A stretch of DNA of 64,000 nt from Abditibacteriota bacterium (GCA_942493375.1 OW818698.1:1190309-1254308); one strand, 5' to 3'; shown: positions 18,804 to 28,481, counted from the first letter of the stretch. Notes: generated by a model from the letters alone, not told the origin. A program made the numbers and translations.

Positions 18804-19211
18804 ATGTCGCATTTCACAACCATCAGGACAAAGTTTGTTGATGTGAAAACACTTGTAAAGGCGCTTGCAATGGTTGGATTCGTTAATGTTGAGGTACACG
18901 CAGAAGCTCAGAACTTGTATGGATATAAGGGTGATAAGCGTCCACAAACGGCTGAAGTCATCATCAGACGCCGTTACGTGGGCAAAATAAGTAATGACAT
19001 TGGATTCAAAAGGATTTCCGATGGCTCATTCGATACTATTATCTCTGACTATGATCGTCAGAAGTATGACGCAAAATGGCTTGGTAAACTCTGCCAGCAT
19101 TACGCCTGCATCGTTGCAAAGGAGAAGCTTATTTCCCAAGGATTTGCAATTGTAGAGGAGAACTTCGGTAAAGACAAAGCAATACACATCACAATGCGCA
19201 GAATTGCTTGA
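18804..19211 (+). CDS. DUF1257 (Ycf35-like) protein
   Basis: The N-terminus MSHFTTIRTKFVDVKTLVKAL, plus ..DIGF.. and ..QHYA.., match the DUF1257 family pattern from memory. Confidence 0.8.
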   Translation: MSHFTTIRTKFVDVKTLVKALAMVGFVNVEVHAEAQNLYGYKGDKRPQTAEVIIRRRYVGKISNDIGFKRISDGSFDTIISDYDRQKYDAKWLGKLCQHYACIVAKEKLISQGFAIVEENFGKDKAIHITMRRIA

Positions 19212-19223
19212 GGGGGCAGCACA

Positions 19224-19577
19224 ATGGGCAGTATCATTATTACTGAACAACAGAAGAGAATATGCAACAAATACGGTGCACCCTTTGTTGAATGCTCAGA
19301 GGTCCTGAGAGTTGGAATTGCCCGGAATGTTAAAACAGGACTGATTCCGATTAATGGTATGAGAAGCCCTGTTGAAGGAAACATGACTGGATGGTTCATA
19401 TGGGCTGGCGAAGTATTTTCTGAGGATGAAGATTTTTTTGTCCCGCTCTGCGTTGAGCATCTGACTGAGTGGTGTCCGGCTGTGCTACCTTATCTAGGTC
19501 TTGCACCCGGGTGGCGATTTCTTATTGCAGGTGAATATGAAGATGTTTGGCAGGATGACTCACTCCTGGATACCTGA
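19224..19577 (+). CDS. small protein resembling Imm33/DUF2185-type immunity domains
   Basis: GAGGGGG RBS, 12 nt after the DUF1257 gene. The segment [36 protein letters not shown] resembles the Imm33 (DUF2185) signature. Assignment is from memory only. Confidence 0.5.
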   Translation: MGSIIITEQQKRICNKYGAPFVECSEVLRVGIARNVKTGLIPINGMRSPVEGNMTGWFIWAGEVFSEDEDFFVPLCVEHLTEWCPAVLPYLGLAPGWRFLIAGEYEDVWQDDSLLDT

Positions 19578-19615
19578 TTAAGATCGATTGAAATAGCAAT
19601 ACAAGGAGTAACATA

Positions 19616-21010
19616 TTGAAAGCAACTTTTGTTGGTGGCGGGGCTCATCGGTTGATGGCTATATTGCGTGGAGCGATGGCTTCACCTGGTGTTTTTGATG
19701 GAGGAGAGATCAATCTGTATGACCTGGACACTCATCGATCCGAAGTTATGGGGAAGATGCTGATGAAGTCTCCGGAATACAGGCGATGCGGATGCAAGAT
19801 CACTTGGGGGACGAGTCTGGATGAGGCTCTGGAAGGCGCGGATGTGGTCGGTATTATCCTGATGTCCGGGTCGCAGAGGACGTTTGGGCTTGGGAACTCC
19901 GCCAGCCAGCGCCACAATTACATGAGCTCAGATAATGTCTCACCAAACGGCGCTCTGCTGGCAGTTAAGGGTGGACTGATCATTCTGGATGTAGCCAGGC
20001 GGATGGAGCGGGTCTGTCCGGATGCACTGCTGCTGGATTTCGCCAACCCGGTGCCGGTGATGAGCGGGATAGCTAATAATCACACAAAAATCCAAGCGCT
20101 GGGTGTTTGCCAGGGGTTTATGAACCACCAGTGGGACCTTTCACGGATTTTCGGGTTCGATCAGCAGGAGACTGATCTGGATGTCGATGTGGCTGGCGTC
20201 AACCACATCAGCTTCATCCTCAATGGACGCTGGAAGGGTGGCGACCTCTTTGAGCAGCTTGATGCAAGACTGGCGCAGCCGGACTGGGCCCCTGCCCTGC
20301 TCAATTCATGGTGGACAGAGAGGATGCGACAAAGCATTACTGCAGGCATACAGAGACTTGCTGACATCTATCGACAGCTTGGAGTCCTGATCTTCTCAAC
20401 TGAGGGGGATGGGCTTTCGCATATGTTTTATGATGAAGCGCTGGAAGAAGATCTTAAGAAACCGATTCTATCTGCTGCTGAGATCGACCTGGAAGTTGAG
20501 AAAGGCAAGATAGCTCGTGCAGCAGAGAACAAGAGCTTTGAGGACTGGCTGGGCAAGGACCTGGACGATGCTTTCTGGGAGACTCACTGGGAGCAGGACC
20601 TGCGGTTCAAGCGAGAGGATGAGGACATATTTACCCAGATCCTCAAATCCGTAGGCACCGGAAATGAGACAAAGATCGTCGCAAGCCGACCTAACTACGG
20701 GGCAGTGGAGGGTGTAAAAGAGCGGAACCTGCTAGAGTATTCGATCGTAGTAAAAGGAAAGAGCGTAACGCCTGCCGGTCACTATTCAATTCCTGACGTA
20801 GTAGGCGGTTTGGTAAGTGGGTTATCTGCACACCAGACAATGCTGGCAGATGCCATTGCCACCGATGACCCCAAGCTGCTTGCTCAAGCAATGCTGGCAT
20901 ATCCTGTCAGGCCTTACTCGAAAGATTTGCGAGACCTGACCAGAGAACTGATTGAGATCAATATAGATGAGATATCGCCGGCACTGCGAAGGGCTGTGGA
21001 GTTTTTGTAA
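19616..21010 (+). CDS. glycoside hydrolase family 4-like (NAD-dependent) enzyme
   Basis: TTG start with an AAGGAG RBS. N-terminal Rossmann motif KATFVGGGAH. GH4-like motifs FANPVP, LGVCQGF and AGVNHISF. Confidence 0.75.
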   Translation: MKATFVGGGAHRLMAILRGAMASPGVFDGGEINLYDLDTHRSEVMGKMLMKSPEYRRCGCKITWGTSLDEALEGADVVGIILMSGSQRTFGLGNSASQRHNYMSSDNVSPNGALLAVKGGLIILDVARRMERVCPDALLLDFANPVPVMSGIANNHTKIQALGVCQGFMNHQWDLSRIFGFDQQETDLDVDVAGVNHISFILNGRWKGGDLFEQLDARLAQPDWAPALLNSWWTERMRQSITAGIQRLADIYRQLGVLIFSTEGDGLSHMFYDEALEEDLKKPILSAAEIDLEVEKGKIARAAENKSFEDWLGKDLDDAFWETHWEQDLRFKREDEDIFTQILKSVGTGNETKIVASRPNYGAVEGVKERNLLEYSIVVKGKSVTPAGHYSIPDVVGGLVSGLSAHQTMLADAIATDDPKLLAQAMLAYPVRPYSKDLRDLTRELIEINIDEISPALRRAVEFL

Positions 21011-21018
21011 TTCCAAAA

Positions 21019-21135
21019 TCGTGTCATTCTGAACGCAGTGAAGAATCTGCTTTAAAACTGACAACTAACTGGAAAAAAAGCAGATCCTTCGTCCCTCAGG
21101 ATGACAGATTCTTCACTGCGTTCAGAATGACACGA
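21019..21135. repeat. family-A palindromic element, composite copy
   Basis: Outer arms are TCGTGTCATTCTGAACGCAGTGAAGAATCTGC and its reverse complement. A solitary half-arm of the other subfamily (GCAGATCCTTCGTCCCTCAGGATGACA, 21080-21106) lies inside. Confidence 0.9.
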
Positions 21136-21180
21136 TCACCGTAATATTGAGCTTTTACGATTATACCCATGGAGGTTTTT

Positions 21181-22011
21181 ATGCTTCAGTTTAAAGTAGA
21201 TCAGGATTTGTGCAATAAGTGTGGGTTGTGTGTTAGTGATTGCGTTACCCGGATCATATCGAAAGAGGAGAACGGGGTTCCGTTTATTCCTGAAGAGAAG
21301 GAGGAGAACTGCCTGGAGTGTCAGCACTGCCTGGCGGTCTGTCCTGTGGGGGCTGTTTCGATATTTGGCAAGGAGGCATCGCACAGCATTCCGCTGGCTG
21401 ATGACAGTTTTCCTGGTTTTGACAAGGTAGTGAACCTTGTCCGCGGACGCCGGAGTGTGAGACACTATCAGAATGAAAACGTAGACCCGGATTTGCTCAA
21501 CGAGATATTCGCAGCCCTTGCCAATTCACCCACTGGTGTTAATGCGATGGAGCTGACATACAATGTGATAGATGATAAGGATGTTATGCACCGGTTTAAG
21601 GAGCAGGTGATGGACCTGTTCGTTGAAGCGGATAAATCCGGAAAGTTGGAGAAACTTAGTCCGCGTTTCCATCAGATGGCGATTATGCCTCGTGATATTT
21701 TGTCTGCCAACCTGTTCCGGAATGCTCACCATGCACTTATAGTATCTGCTGCTCCGGATGCACCTTGCCCGCGTGAAGATATTGCTCTGACCCTGGCATA
21801 TTTTGAAGTCCTTGCCCAGAGCGCGGGACTTGGGACTGTGTGGTGGGGATATTTGTCAGCCATGACCAGCGTGCTGCCTGAGATCAAGACTATTCTTGGA
21901 ATCCCGGAAGACCACCTGTTCTATTCAATGCTGTTCGGAGTTCCATCAATCAAATTTGCTCGAACAGTGCAGAGGGATAGCGGGGCTGTGGTTCGAAGGA
22001 TTAGTCTTTAG
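21181..22011 (+). CDS. 4Fe-4S ferredoxin domain fused to nitroreductase-family domain
   Basis: GGAGG RBS 5 nt before the ATG at 21181. Cys motifs CNKCGLCVSDC and CLECQHCLAVCP. Nitroreductase motif RRSVRHYQ. Confidence 0.85.
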   Translation: MLQFKVDQDLCNKCGLCVSDCVTRIISKEENGVPFIPEEKEENCLECQHCLAVCPVGAVSIFGKEASHSIPLADDSFPGFDKVVNLVRGRRSVRHYQNENVDPDLLNEIFAALANSPTGVNAMELTYNVIDDKDVMHRFKEQVMDLFVEADKSGKLEKLSPRFHQMAIMPRDILSANLFRNAHHALIVSAAPDAPCPREDIALTLAYFEVLAQSAGLGTVWWGYLSAMTSVLPEIKTILGIPEDHLFYSMLFGVPSIKFARTVQRDSGAVVRRISL

Positions 22012-22014
22012 AAT

Positions 22015-22084
22015 CTGCTGTGGTGCGATCTATAATTGCACCACAGCAGGTGGATGTTACCGTTGGAGGCCGCGGAGGGCCTCC
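22015..22084. terminator. two hairpins between convergent genes
   Basis: A 12-bp stem, CTGCTGTGGTGC..GCACCACAGCAG (22015-22049), and GGAGGCC..GGCCTCC (22065-22084). No strong T-tracts. Confidence 0.5.
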
Positions 22085-22092
22085 ACTACGGA

Positions 22093-25000
22093 TTAGTTTA
22101 GCTGCACTCGCTGACCAGGACGGAGCACTACAGGGCCGATCAGGCCTGAGGGTAGCAACTCATCGTTCTTTGTCCATAAACGCCATGAGGTAAAGCTGAT
22201 TCTGCCGGTCGGGCTTGGAGCGGTGCTGTTCACCCAATCGGGCCATTTTACCAGGGTGCCATCGCTACGCCTTTCGCTATCTTCGGGGAGGAATTCGTCC
22301 CCTATCTGGCGATTTGGCCAGAGGTTTGTAACCCGCACTTCGACGTTGTTTGAGCCCTGACGCAACCAGCGAGTGACATCGTAACGGTAGGGATATTTCC
22401 ACAATGTAGTCACTTTATTACCATTGACTGTTACTTCGGCGATTACTTTGACATCTCCGAGATCGAGCATCCAGCTTCTGTCAGAGGCAAGATCAGTTGG
22501 GTTCATTGATATTTTTATTCGGTAGGTTGCACTGCCGGAGTAGTATTTGACGCCTGGGTCTTTGTTTACACTTAGTGACTGCAGCATGGGCATTTGAATG
22601 GACTTCGGCGCGCCTTTGCCGGGCTGGAACTGCACGGTGAACGGGCCTTTGAATGTCTTCTCAGCCGGTAAAGCTGTTACATTCTTAACGAAGTGCTGAC
22701 AGTTTGTCGTTGTAAGCTCGTATTTTCCGGGACTCCAAACAGTGAGTAGTGCTTTGTGGGCATCGATTGATTGTATGGATGGGCCGTCAACAGGGACGAA
22801 ATCGACATCGCTGAGATCAATTGTCTCCGGGTCTGTGCCGGTCACCAGATATTGCCGGCCTTTATGGCTCATTTTTATCTCTGCAGTTTTGATAACAAAG
22901 ACAGCCGGATCGAAGTCTTTTGCCAGGTCAGCGACTTTAAAGCGCTCTATGCCGCGTGCCAAGATCGATTTAACTATATCGATAGCATTAACCGTGCGTT
23001 TGGGATCGGACAATACACCATACCGGGCTGAGATAACCTGAAGCTGAGATGAGGGTGGACTTATCTTTGGTTTATCAATTGAAAAGACGAGTGATCCGTT
23101 CCGCTTCAGGGAAGTAACACACAGAGCAGGCTGGGTGGTCTTTCGGAACACAACGAAGACAGATTCCTGAGGCATCAGTGTCAGGCGGACTTTGGTGGTT
23201 TTCTCATTGCTGGTAAACACCGGAGCAGGCTCTATTGAACCACTTTCAGGATGCCACAGCTCGGGAGTTAAGCCCTTTACCCGAAACGCCACATATGCTT
23301 CCACTGCACGCTTCGCGGGATTGGCTACAAAGTAAAGGTCTCCATCGCTGATCCGCCGGTGGATCCAGTTCAGATGAATACCACTGACCCTGGCGCAGTC
23401 CGGCACAACTCCAATCGACTTCAGCGCTGCTTCTACTGTCATTCCATGCAAAACGCGGCCGGTACCGGGCTTTGTGGATATAGAAGCTAGCTCAGTTTCT
23501 ATAGACTTTAACTTTGCATTGCTCGTTGGATAGTAGCTCAGCCCGAATGTCTGTTTTGGCAGGTTGCCTAAAACTACACCACCATTCTTGACCAGATCAC
23601 GTATCTTACCAAGCAGCGCAATGGTCATGCGGTCGGTATCCGGCAGGACCATTAAGCGGTAACTCATACCACTGGGCAATACGAACTTTCCGTTCTTAAC
23701 GGTCATAGATTTGATGACGATTTCGGGGCTGACGCTGTCGTAGTTGTATCCATCCAGCTGATGAGACTGGAAACCCATGAACGGTGTCTCAGGCAATAGA
23801 TAGCAGACGTCCGCAACATACTGTCCCATCCGGAGCATTGACTGGCACCTGGCAAGGTATTTGTGCCACGGAATGCTCTGCTGCCACCATGTCTGGGTGC
23901 GTTCATAGTGAAGTCCCCAGGGTCCCATGGTCATGCCGGGTGCACGGTTGGTCCAGGGTTGCATCGCGTATCTGTGAAAGACAAATCGATTGATACCCTC
24001 ACAGAACGCAAGGTCACCCAGCGCTTTGATACTCCCGGGATACTGCAGCCAGCGCTCGTTGTTGTCGGATGTAAACGACTCAGCACCGATGATACGCTTA
24101 CCGGAGATGTGACCGGCTGATGCCATACCCCGGCAGGTCTCTATTGCTCCCCCACCCGTCCAAAACTCAGCCATCGGTTCATCAGCTACCTGTCCATATG
24201 GCAAATAATCACAGGGGCTGCCGTAAGCTTCTATAGAAAACCGGAGTCCGCTCTGATTGGCTAACTTGCGGATTCGAGCAGCATATTTGTTCACTACACC
24301 GTATGAGATAGTCGAACGCAGGTCCCAGTAGAACCGCTCAGTCTCTTCACCGCTGTTTACAACATAACCGGCAAATGCAGGCAGAAAACTTCGCAGGTTG
24401 TATCCTGAGTGGTTCAGAAACAGGTCGGGCATTTTCTCCGTCCAGTTCTGCGAACCTACTTCCCAGCTGTCTACATGGGTTGCAACAAGGCTTTTACCGA
24501 CATACTGCCGGTTGCCTGCTATAAGCTTGCCCATCATTCCGTTCCAGTTGGCATCCGCGCCTTCGGTGCTCAGTTTGTCGCATTCAAGACCGGTGCCTGA
24601 AGCTGGAGCTGGTCTGTTCACTGCCCCTGTGCAGGTGTAACCAAACCGCATCACTGTCCAGGTGCCTTTTGGGGCTTTCCATTTAAGCTTACCGGTGGCG
24701 TCCATCAAGTCTTTGAGATAGATAATACTGCCGGATTTTATTATACTGTCCTCCGGCACGGTTCCAATACCTGGATCAGGACCGTAGGGGAGATATGCTG
24801 CTTTCACATCTGTATTGGGCACCCGGTAGCTGCCCCGTTTTGGAAAGGCCATCACGGTTATGTCTTTGTAGAATCCTCGAACGGTCTCAGGCTGGGGAAG
24901 CTGCAGGTTGACTTCTTGACCGCCATCGATAGTGGTCTCGGTGAAGACAACCTTTTTCATCGATTTATCAGGAGTGACCCATGGCCCCCCGCTGCCGTTC

Positions 25001-25338
25001 CAGCCTGCATCGTTGTTCATGTTGACTTCGATACCAAGCCGGGCTGCTTCTTTCAACATGACACTAAAAAGTTGCTGCCAACGCGTGCCCATAAAGTCCA
25101 CCGGTCCAACCGGAGCACCCTGATCAACCTCCATAATAAGCACGCCGCCGATACCGACTTTAGCCATAGCCTGAAGGTCCGCTTTGATCCCCTTTTCAGT
25201 AATATTCCCGTTCAACCAGAACCAATACACCCACGGCCGCGCAGAAGCAGGTGGACTGACGAACTGCTGGCGCATAAGATCGGCATTGGCGGTGAGGCAG
25301 CAGAGCAGTAAGAGGATTACAAGGAAAGAACGTTTCAT
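22093..25338 (-). CDS. GH106-like glycoside hydrolase (alpha-L-rhamnosidase-like)
   Basis: AGGAGG RBS 6 nt before the ATG at 25338. Signal peptide MKRSFLVILLLLCCLTANA. The segment FVSPPASARPWVYWFWLNGNITEKGIKADLQAMAKVGIGGVLIMEV is the typical opening of GH106-type proteins (from memory). Confidence 0.7.
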   Translation of the reverse strand: MKRSFLVILLLLCCLTANADLMRQQFVSPPASARPWVYWFWLNGNITEKGIKADLQAMAKVGIGGVLIMEVDQGAPVGPVDFMGTRWQQLFSVMLKEAARLGIEVNMNNDAGWNGSGGPWVTPDKSMKKVVFTETTIDGGQEVNLQLPQPETVRGFYKDITVMAFPKRGSYRVPNTDVKAAYLPYGPDPGIGTVPEDSIIKSGSIIYLKDLMDATGKLKWKAPKGTWTVMRFGYTCTGAVNRPAPASGTGLECDKLSTEGADANWNGMMGKLIAGNRQYVGKSLVATHVDSWEVGSQNWTEKMPDLFLNHSGYNLRSFLPAFAGYVVNSGEETERFYWDLRSTISYGVVNKYAARIRKLANQSGLRFSIEAYGSPCDYLPYGQVADEPMAEFWTGGGAIETCRGMASAGHISGKRIIGAESFTSDNNERWLQYPGSIKALGDLAFCEGINRFVFHRYAMQPWTNRAPGMTMGPWGLHYERTQTWWQQSIPWHKYLARCQSMLRMGQYVADVCYLLPETPFMGFQSHQLDGYNYDSVSPEIVIKSMTVKNGKFVLPSGMSYRLMVLPDTDRMTIALLGKIRDLVKNGGVVLGNLPKQTFGLSYYPTSNAKLKSIETELASISTKPGTGRVLHGMTVEAALKSIGVVPDCARVSGIHLNWIHRRISDGDLYFVANPAKRAVEAYVAFRVKGLTPELWHPESGSIEPAPVFTSNEKTTKVRLTLMPQESVFVVFRKTTQPALCVTSLKRNGSLVFSIDKPKISPPSSQLQVISARYGVLSDPKRTVNAIDIVKSILARGIERFKVADLAKDFDPAVFVIKTAEIKMSHKGRQYLVTGTDPETIDLSDVDFVPVDGPSIQSIDAHKALLTVWSPGKYELTTTNCQHFVKNVTALPAEKTFKGPFTVQFQPGKGAPKSIQMPMLQSLSVNKDPGVKYYSGSATYRIKISMNPTDLASDRSWMLDLGDVKVIAEVTVNGNKVTTLWKYPYRYDVTRWLRQGSNNVEVRVTNLWPNRQIGDEFLPEDSERRSDGTLVKWPDWVNSTAPSPTGRISFTSWRLWTKNDELLPSGLIGPVVLRPGQRVQLN

Positions 25339-25375
25339 GACGGACCTCCTGAATGAGAGCAAAGCAGTGCAATAG

Positions 25376-25595
25376 TTTTTTTGACAGGATTAACAAGATT
25401 AACAAGATTAACTTTAATGTAGAATAAGGTTCTGTTTCGGGTGTAATTGCAGATCACACCCGAGCGTTGGGATACTTCATTCCTCGGAAGTACACGAGAC
25501 GGCAGGCTAGAAGCCTGCACCACAATTTGGTCTCCATGTTGCCCAATATTTCCTTATTGTGAATCCTGTTAATCTTGTTAATCCTGTCAAAAATA
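25376..25595. repeat. composite repeat: family-D inverted pair enclosing family-E hairpin
   Basis: TTGACAGGATTAACAAGATTAACAAGATTAAC (25381-25412) and CCTGTTAATCTTGTTAATCCTGTCAA (25565-25590) are inverted. Between them lie TCGGGTGTAATTGCAGATCACACCCGA (25437-25463) and GCAGGCT-AGAA-GCCTGC. Confidence 0.85.
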
Positions 25596-25616
25596 ACTTA
25601 ACTTACCTGCACAACC

Positions 25617-26669
25617 TTACAGCATCACCGGTTTGCCGGATTTGGCGGATTTGTCGGCGGCGAAGCAGATGTCGTGGGTGTGTTTTGACCTTGTGATGGA
25701 GAGCATTGGTTCCTTGTCGTTTATTATGCAGTCCACCAGGTGGTCGATCTCTCCGTAGAACGGGTGGTGCTTTACATCGCCGCTGTCAGGGAGGATTGTC
25801 GGCCAGGTTACCCAGCCTGTCTGACCTTCGCCTATCTCCGAGTGGCCATATGTGCCCAGGGTCTTTTCACCGTAGTACTGGTTGTTCCGGATCGTGCCCT
25901 TGTCGCCCATCAGGACTATATTGAATATGTATGGGCAGTTGGCTTCCAGGGATGTGGCGATCTTGCCTATGGCGCCATCTTTGAACTTGCAGATGGTGAC
26001 TGATGTCGGGTCGTATTCGTAAGGTTTGAAGACTTCCTGCTTGCTCTTGGTCGAGTAGGATGTAACTTCCACAACTTCATCATTCAGGAAGTAGAGCATT
26101 GCATCGACCGCATGGCAGCCGGCAGAAATTAAGGCGCTTCCGCTCTTGGACTCCAGGGCGTTCCACCCGAACTGACCATACCAGGGACCGATTGCGTGGA
26201 CGTAGTCTACTTCGGCATAGAAGATGTTTCCTACGGCTCCATCTGCCAGTTGGGCGTGGATTATATTGAACAGAGGGTTCCAGCGGAGGACAAAGCTGAC
26301 GATTGACTTTGCAGAAGAACGGCTTGCTGCTTCGGTCAGTCTGTCCGATTCCTGCTGATTGATTGCCATCGGCTTCTCCATAACAACGTGCTTTCCAGCT
26401 TCAAGAGCCCGCACACCCAGTTCAACGTGACTGTCATTCGGGGTTGTAATAGAGATGATGTCAATTGCAGGGTCTTTGAGGATCTCATCGAAGTTGTCCG
26501 TAACCTTGCAGGAGAGACCGCATTCTGATGCTGCCCTCTTAGCGCTGTCAAGTGTCCTACTGCCAACCGCAATCATTTCGCAGTGTGCATTCTGCTGATA
26601 AGCTGCAATGTGCTCAGTACTAACCCACCCCGCCCCAAACACCGCAGCTCCGAATTTTGTTTTACTCAT
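25617..26669 (-). CDS. Gfo/Idh/MocA family oxidoreductase
   Basis: AAGGAG RBS and an N-terminal Rossmann motif, FGAAVFGAGWVS. Length and layout are typical of the family. Confidence 0.9.
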   Translation of the reverse strand: MSKTKFGAAVFGAGWVSTEHIAAYQQNAHCEMIAVGSRTLDSAKRAASECGLSCKVTDNFDEILKDPAIDIISITTPNDSHVELGVRALEAGKHVVMEKPMAINQQESDRLTEAASRSSAKSIVSFVLRWNPLFNIIHAQLADGAVGNIFYAEVDYVHAIGPWYGQFGWNALESKSGSALISAGCHAVDAMLYFLNDEVVEVTSYSTKSKQEVFKPYEYDPTSVTICKFKDGAIGKIATSLEANCPYIFNIVLMGDKGTIRNNQYYGEKTLGTYGHSEIGEGQTGWVTWPTILPDSGDVKHHPFYGEIDHLVDCIINDKEPMLSITRSKHTHDICFAADKSAKSGKPVML

Positions 26670-26765
26670 ATTATTTGCTCCTTGGTTATGTTAATTCTGT
26701 TTTTCTGATATCTAACTGGTTCTGCTGACGCATCTTTTCTGATATTAGATTCTTCAGTTAATTAG

Positions 26766-26917
26766 TCTCACGCAAAGCCGCAAAGTCGCAAAGAAGGGAA
26801 GTGGATTTTTTGCCTTTTGGATATTATAATCACTATTCGCCAATCTCGCACTAATCCTCAAAGCTTACAGGACTGAACACCTGTCCCTTCTTAGCGCCTT
26901 TGCGGCTTTGCGTGAGA
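26766..26917. repeat. family-B element: 34-bp terminal inverted repeats around an 84-bp core
   Basis: Left arm TCTCACGCAAAGCCGCAAAGTCGCAAAGAAGGGA, right arm TCCCTTCTTAGCGCCTTTGCGGCTTTGCGTGAGA. It has the same 152-bp architecture as 49337-49488. Confidence 0.85.
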
Positions 26918-26978
26918 ATTTATATAGCTACCGCATTATTCAACCTTTATCCGAAGCAGCAGGATGGCCACAGCTCTT

Positions 26979-27515
26979 TCACTGCTTCTTCCTGCACGGT
27001 GAATAATACTCCATGACTAATGTCTTCTCACCATTTGCTGCTGGAGCGGCGAATCTTGCATGTGAATAATACTCCATTTCGAACCCGCCTGCCGAATTGT
27101 CGTATTCGTATCCACTCTCTTGCATTGCTTTTGCATTGAAGTCGTGAGCGCCTTGGTAGATGTCTCCGTTGTCATCACTGCCCTGTATCCAGGCGATTCC
27201 CATTTCGCAGTCTGGGATATCTCGATAGGCATAACCATCCGGAACCGGCGTATTTGGTCTGGTTAAGACTCCTATTATATATGTGAAGCTATTGGATTCC
27301 GGATTGTATCCACCCAGCCAACCTACCATATCCGGGGCAGGCGTTGCTTTTTCGGACATGTTCTTCAGGAAGTCGAGTGATCCATCCTGCCCCATACTCT
27401 CCCACATATCAGGAACCGGGTTACCTGCACCTTCGTTCAACGAACAATCCAGGAGTTTACCGATAACCCTTGCAGCAGCAAACGACCTTACTTCGAATTT
27501 TATGAGTTCTGACAT
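26979..27515 (-). CDS. GyrI-like / effector-binding domain protein
   Basis: 178-aa ORF. The N-terminus (FEVRSFAAARVIG) and overall size fit GyrI-like small-molecule-binding domains. Assignment is tentative. Confidence 0.6.
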   Translation of the reverse strand: MSELIKFEVRSFAAARVIGKLLDCSLNEGAGNPVPDMWESMGQDGSLDFLKNMSEKATPAPDMVGWLGGYNPESNSFTYIIGVLTRPNTPVPDGYAYRDIPDCEMGIAWIQGSDDNGDIYQGAHDFNAKAMQESGYEYDNSAGGFEMEYYSHARFAAPAANGEKTLVMEYYSPCRKKQ

Positions 27516-27553
27516 TTTATAATTGGCCCTCGGTATTATAAATATTCAATATG

Positions 27554-27583
27554 AACCGCTAAACACGCTAAAGCACGCGAAAA
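27554..27583. repeat. family-F short repeat
   Basis: AACCGCTAAACACGCTAAAGCACGCGAAAA. Related to AACCGCGAAATTCGCTAAAGAACGCGAAAAA at 59303-59333. Confidence 0.7.
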
Positions 27584-27790
27584 TGAAAGACAATAATATG
27601 GCATATGCATTTCCAGGCGGCATACAATCAGCTTATAATATAGCCTGATGTTTTCCTGCATATGTTTTATGGAATTATTTGCAGATTTCACGGATGATGG
27701 TGAAGCTTCTCTTGTATGAGCACATCCAGTAGTAACGAACGTTCGGGTGATGCATAGCCTGTATCAGCCTCTTGTTTTACGGAGTATATT

Positions 27791-28408
27791 ATGAGTGATC
27801 AGATATCGGAACAACTTGGAAAAGTTTTCTGTGATGAAGTAATTCAGTCTTTTGGATTTCTGCAAACAGAATGTGGCTTTCAAACACCTAATATAAGATA
27901 TGAATGGGCAGGTATGTCCAGTGATTTTTCTACTGTTCGATATGAATCGCAAGATGCATTTCTTCAGGTTTTCTATGCACATATGGAAGCAGAAATCAGC
28001 ATACAAATTGGATTATTGTCTTCAGTTGAATTCAAACGTGGATTTGATTTAGGCGAAGTACTGTCCTTTGTTGCCAGTGATGTGCAAATCCCTTGTAGTA
28101 TGACAAAAGCACGGACTACGGACCGTATAAAACTAATTATTACGAATCTGGCGGATATTACGACAGCAAACTTAATGCAGGTGTTGAGTAATCCAAAGCT
28201 ATTTCTACCCAAATGGCAGGTAATCCGCCAATCGGAAAACAGGAAGCAGGAACTCAATGATTACCTGGAATCAAAGCACAAAGAAGCAAACGATGCATGG
28301 TCTTTGAAAAACTACGCCAAGGTGGTTCAGCTATATGAATCAATCATAGATCATCTGACACCTGTTGAGAATAAAAGACTACAATATGCGAGGAAGCGAT
28401 CTTCTTAA
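27791..28408 (+). CDS. hypothetical cytoplasmic protein (immunity-protein-like by context)
   Basis: 205-aa ORF with a GGAG RBS, no signal peptide or TM helix, and a helical C-terminal tail. No family recognised. Confidence 0.7.
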   Translation: MSDQISEQLGKVFCDEVIQSFGFLQTECGFQTPNIRYEWAGMSSDFSTVRYESQDAFLQVFYAHMEAEISIQIGLLSSVEFKRGFDLGEVLSFVASDVQIPCSMTKARTTDRIKLIITNLADITTANLMQVLSNPKLFLPKWQVIRQSENRKQELNDYLESKHKEANDAWSLKNYAKVVQLYESIIDHLTPVENKRLQYARKRSS

Positions 28409-28481
28409 CCTGTGGCATCAAAAGCGTGATCAGGTTGTCCTGTCTGAAGCATATAATCCAGCCTGGTAGAAGGAAATAGTG

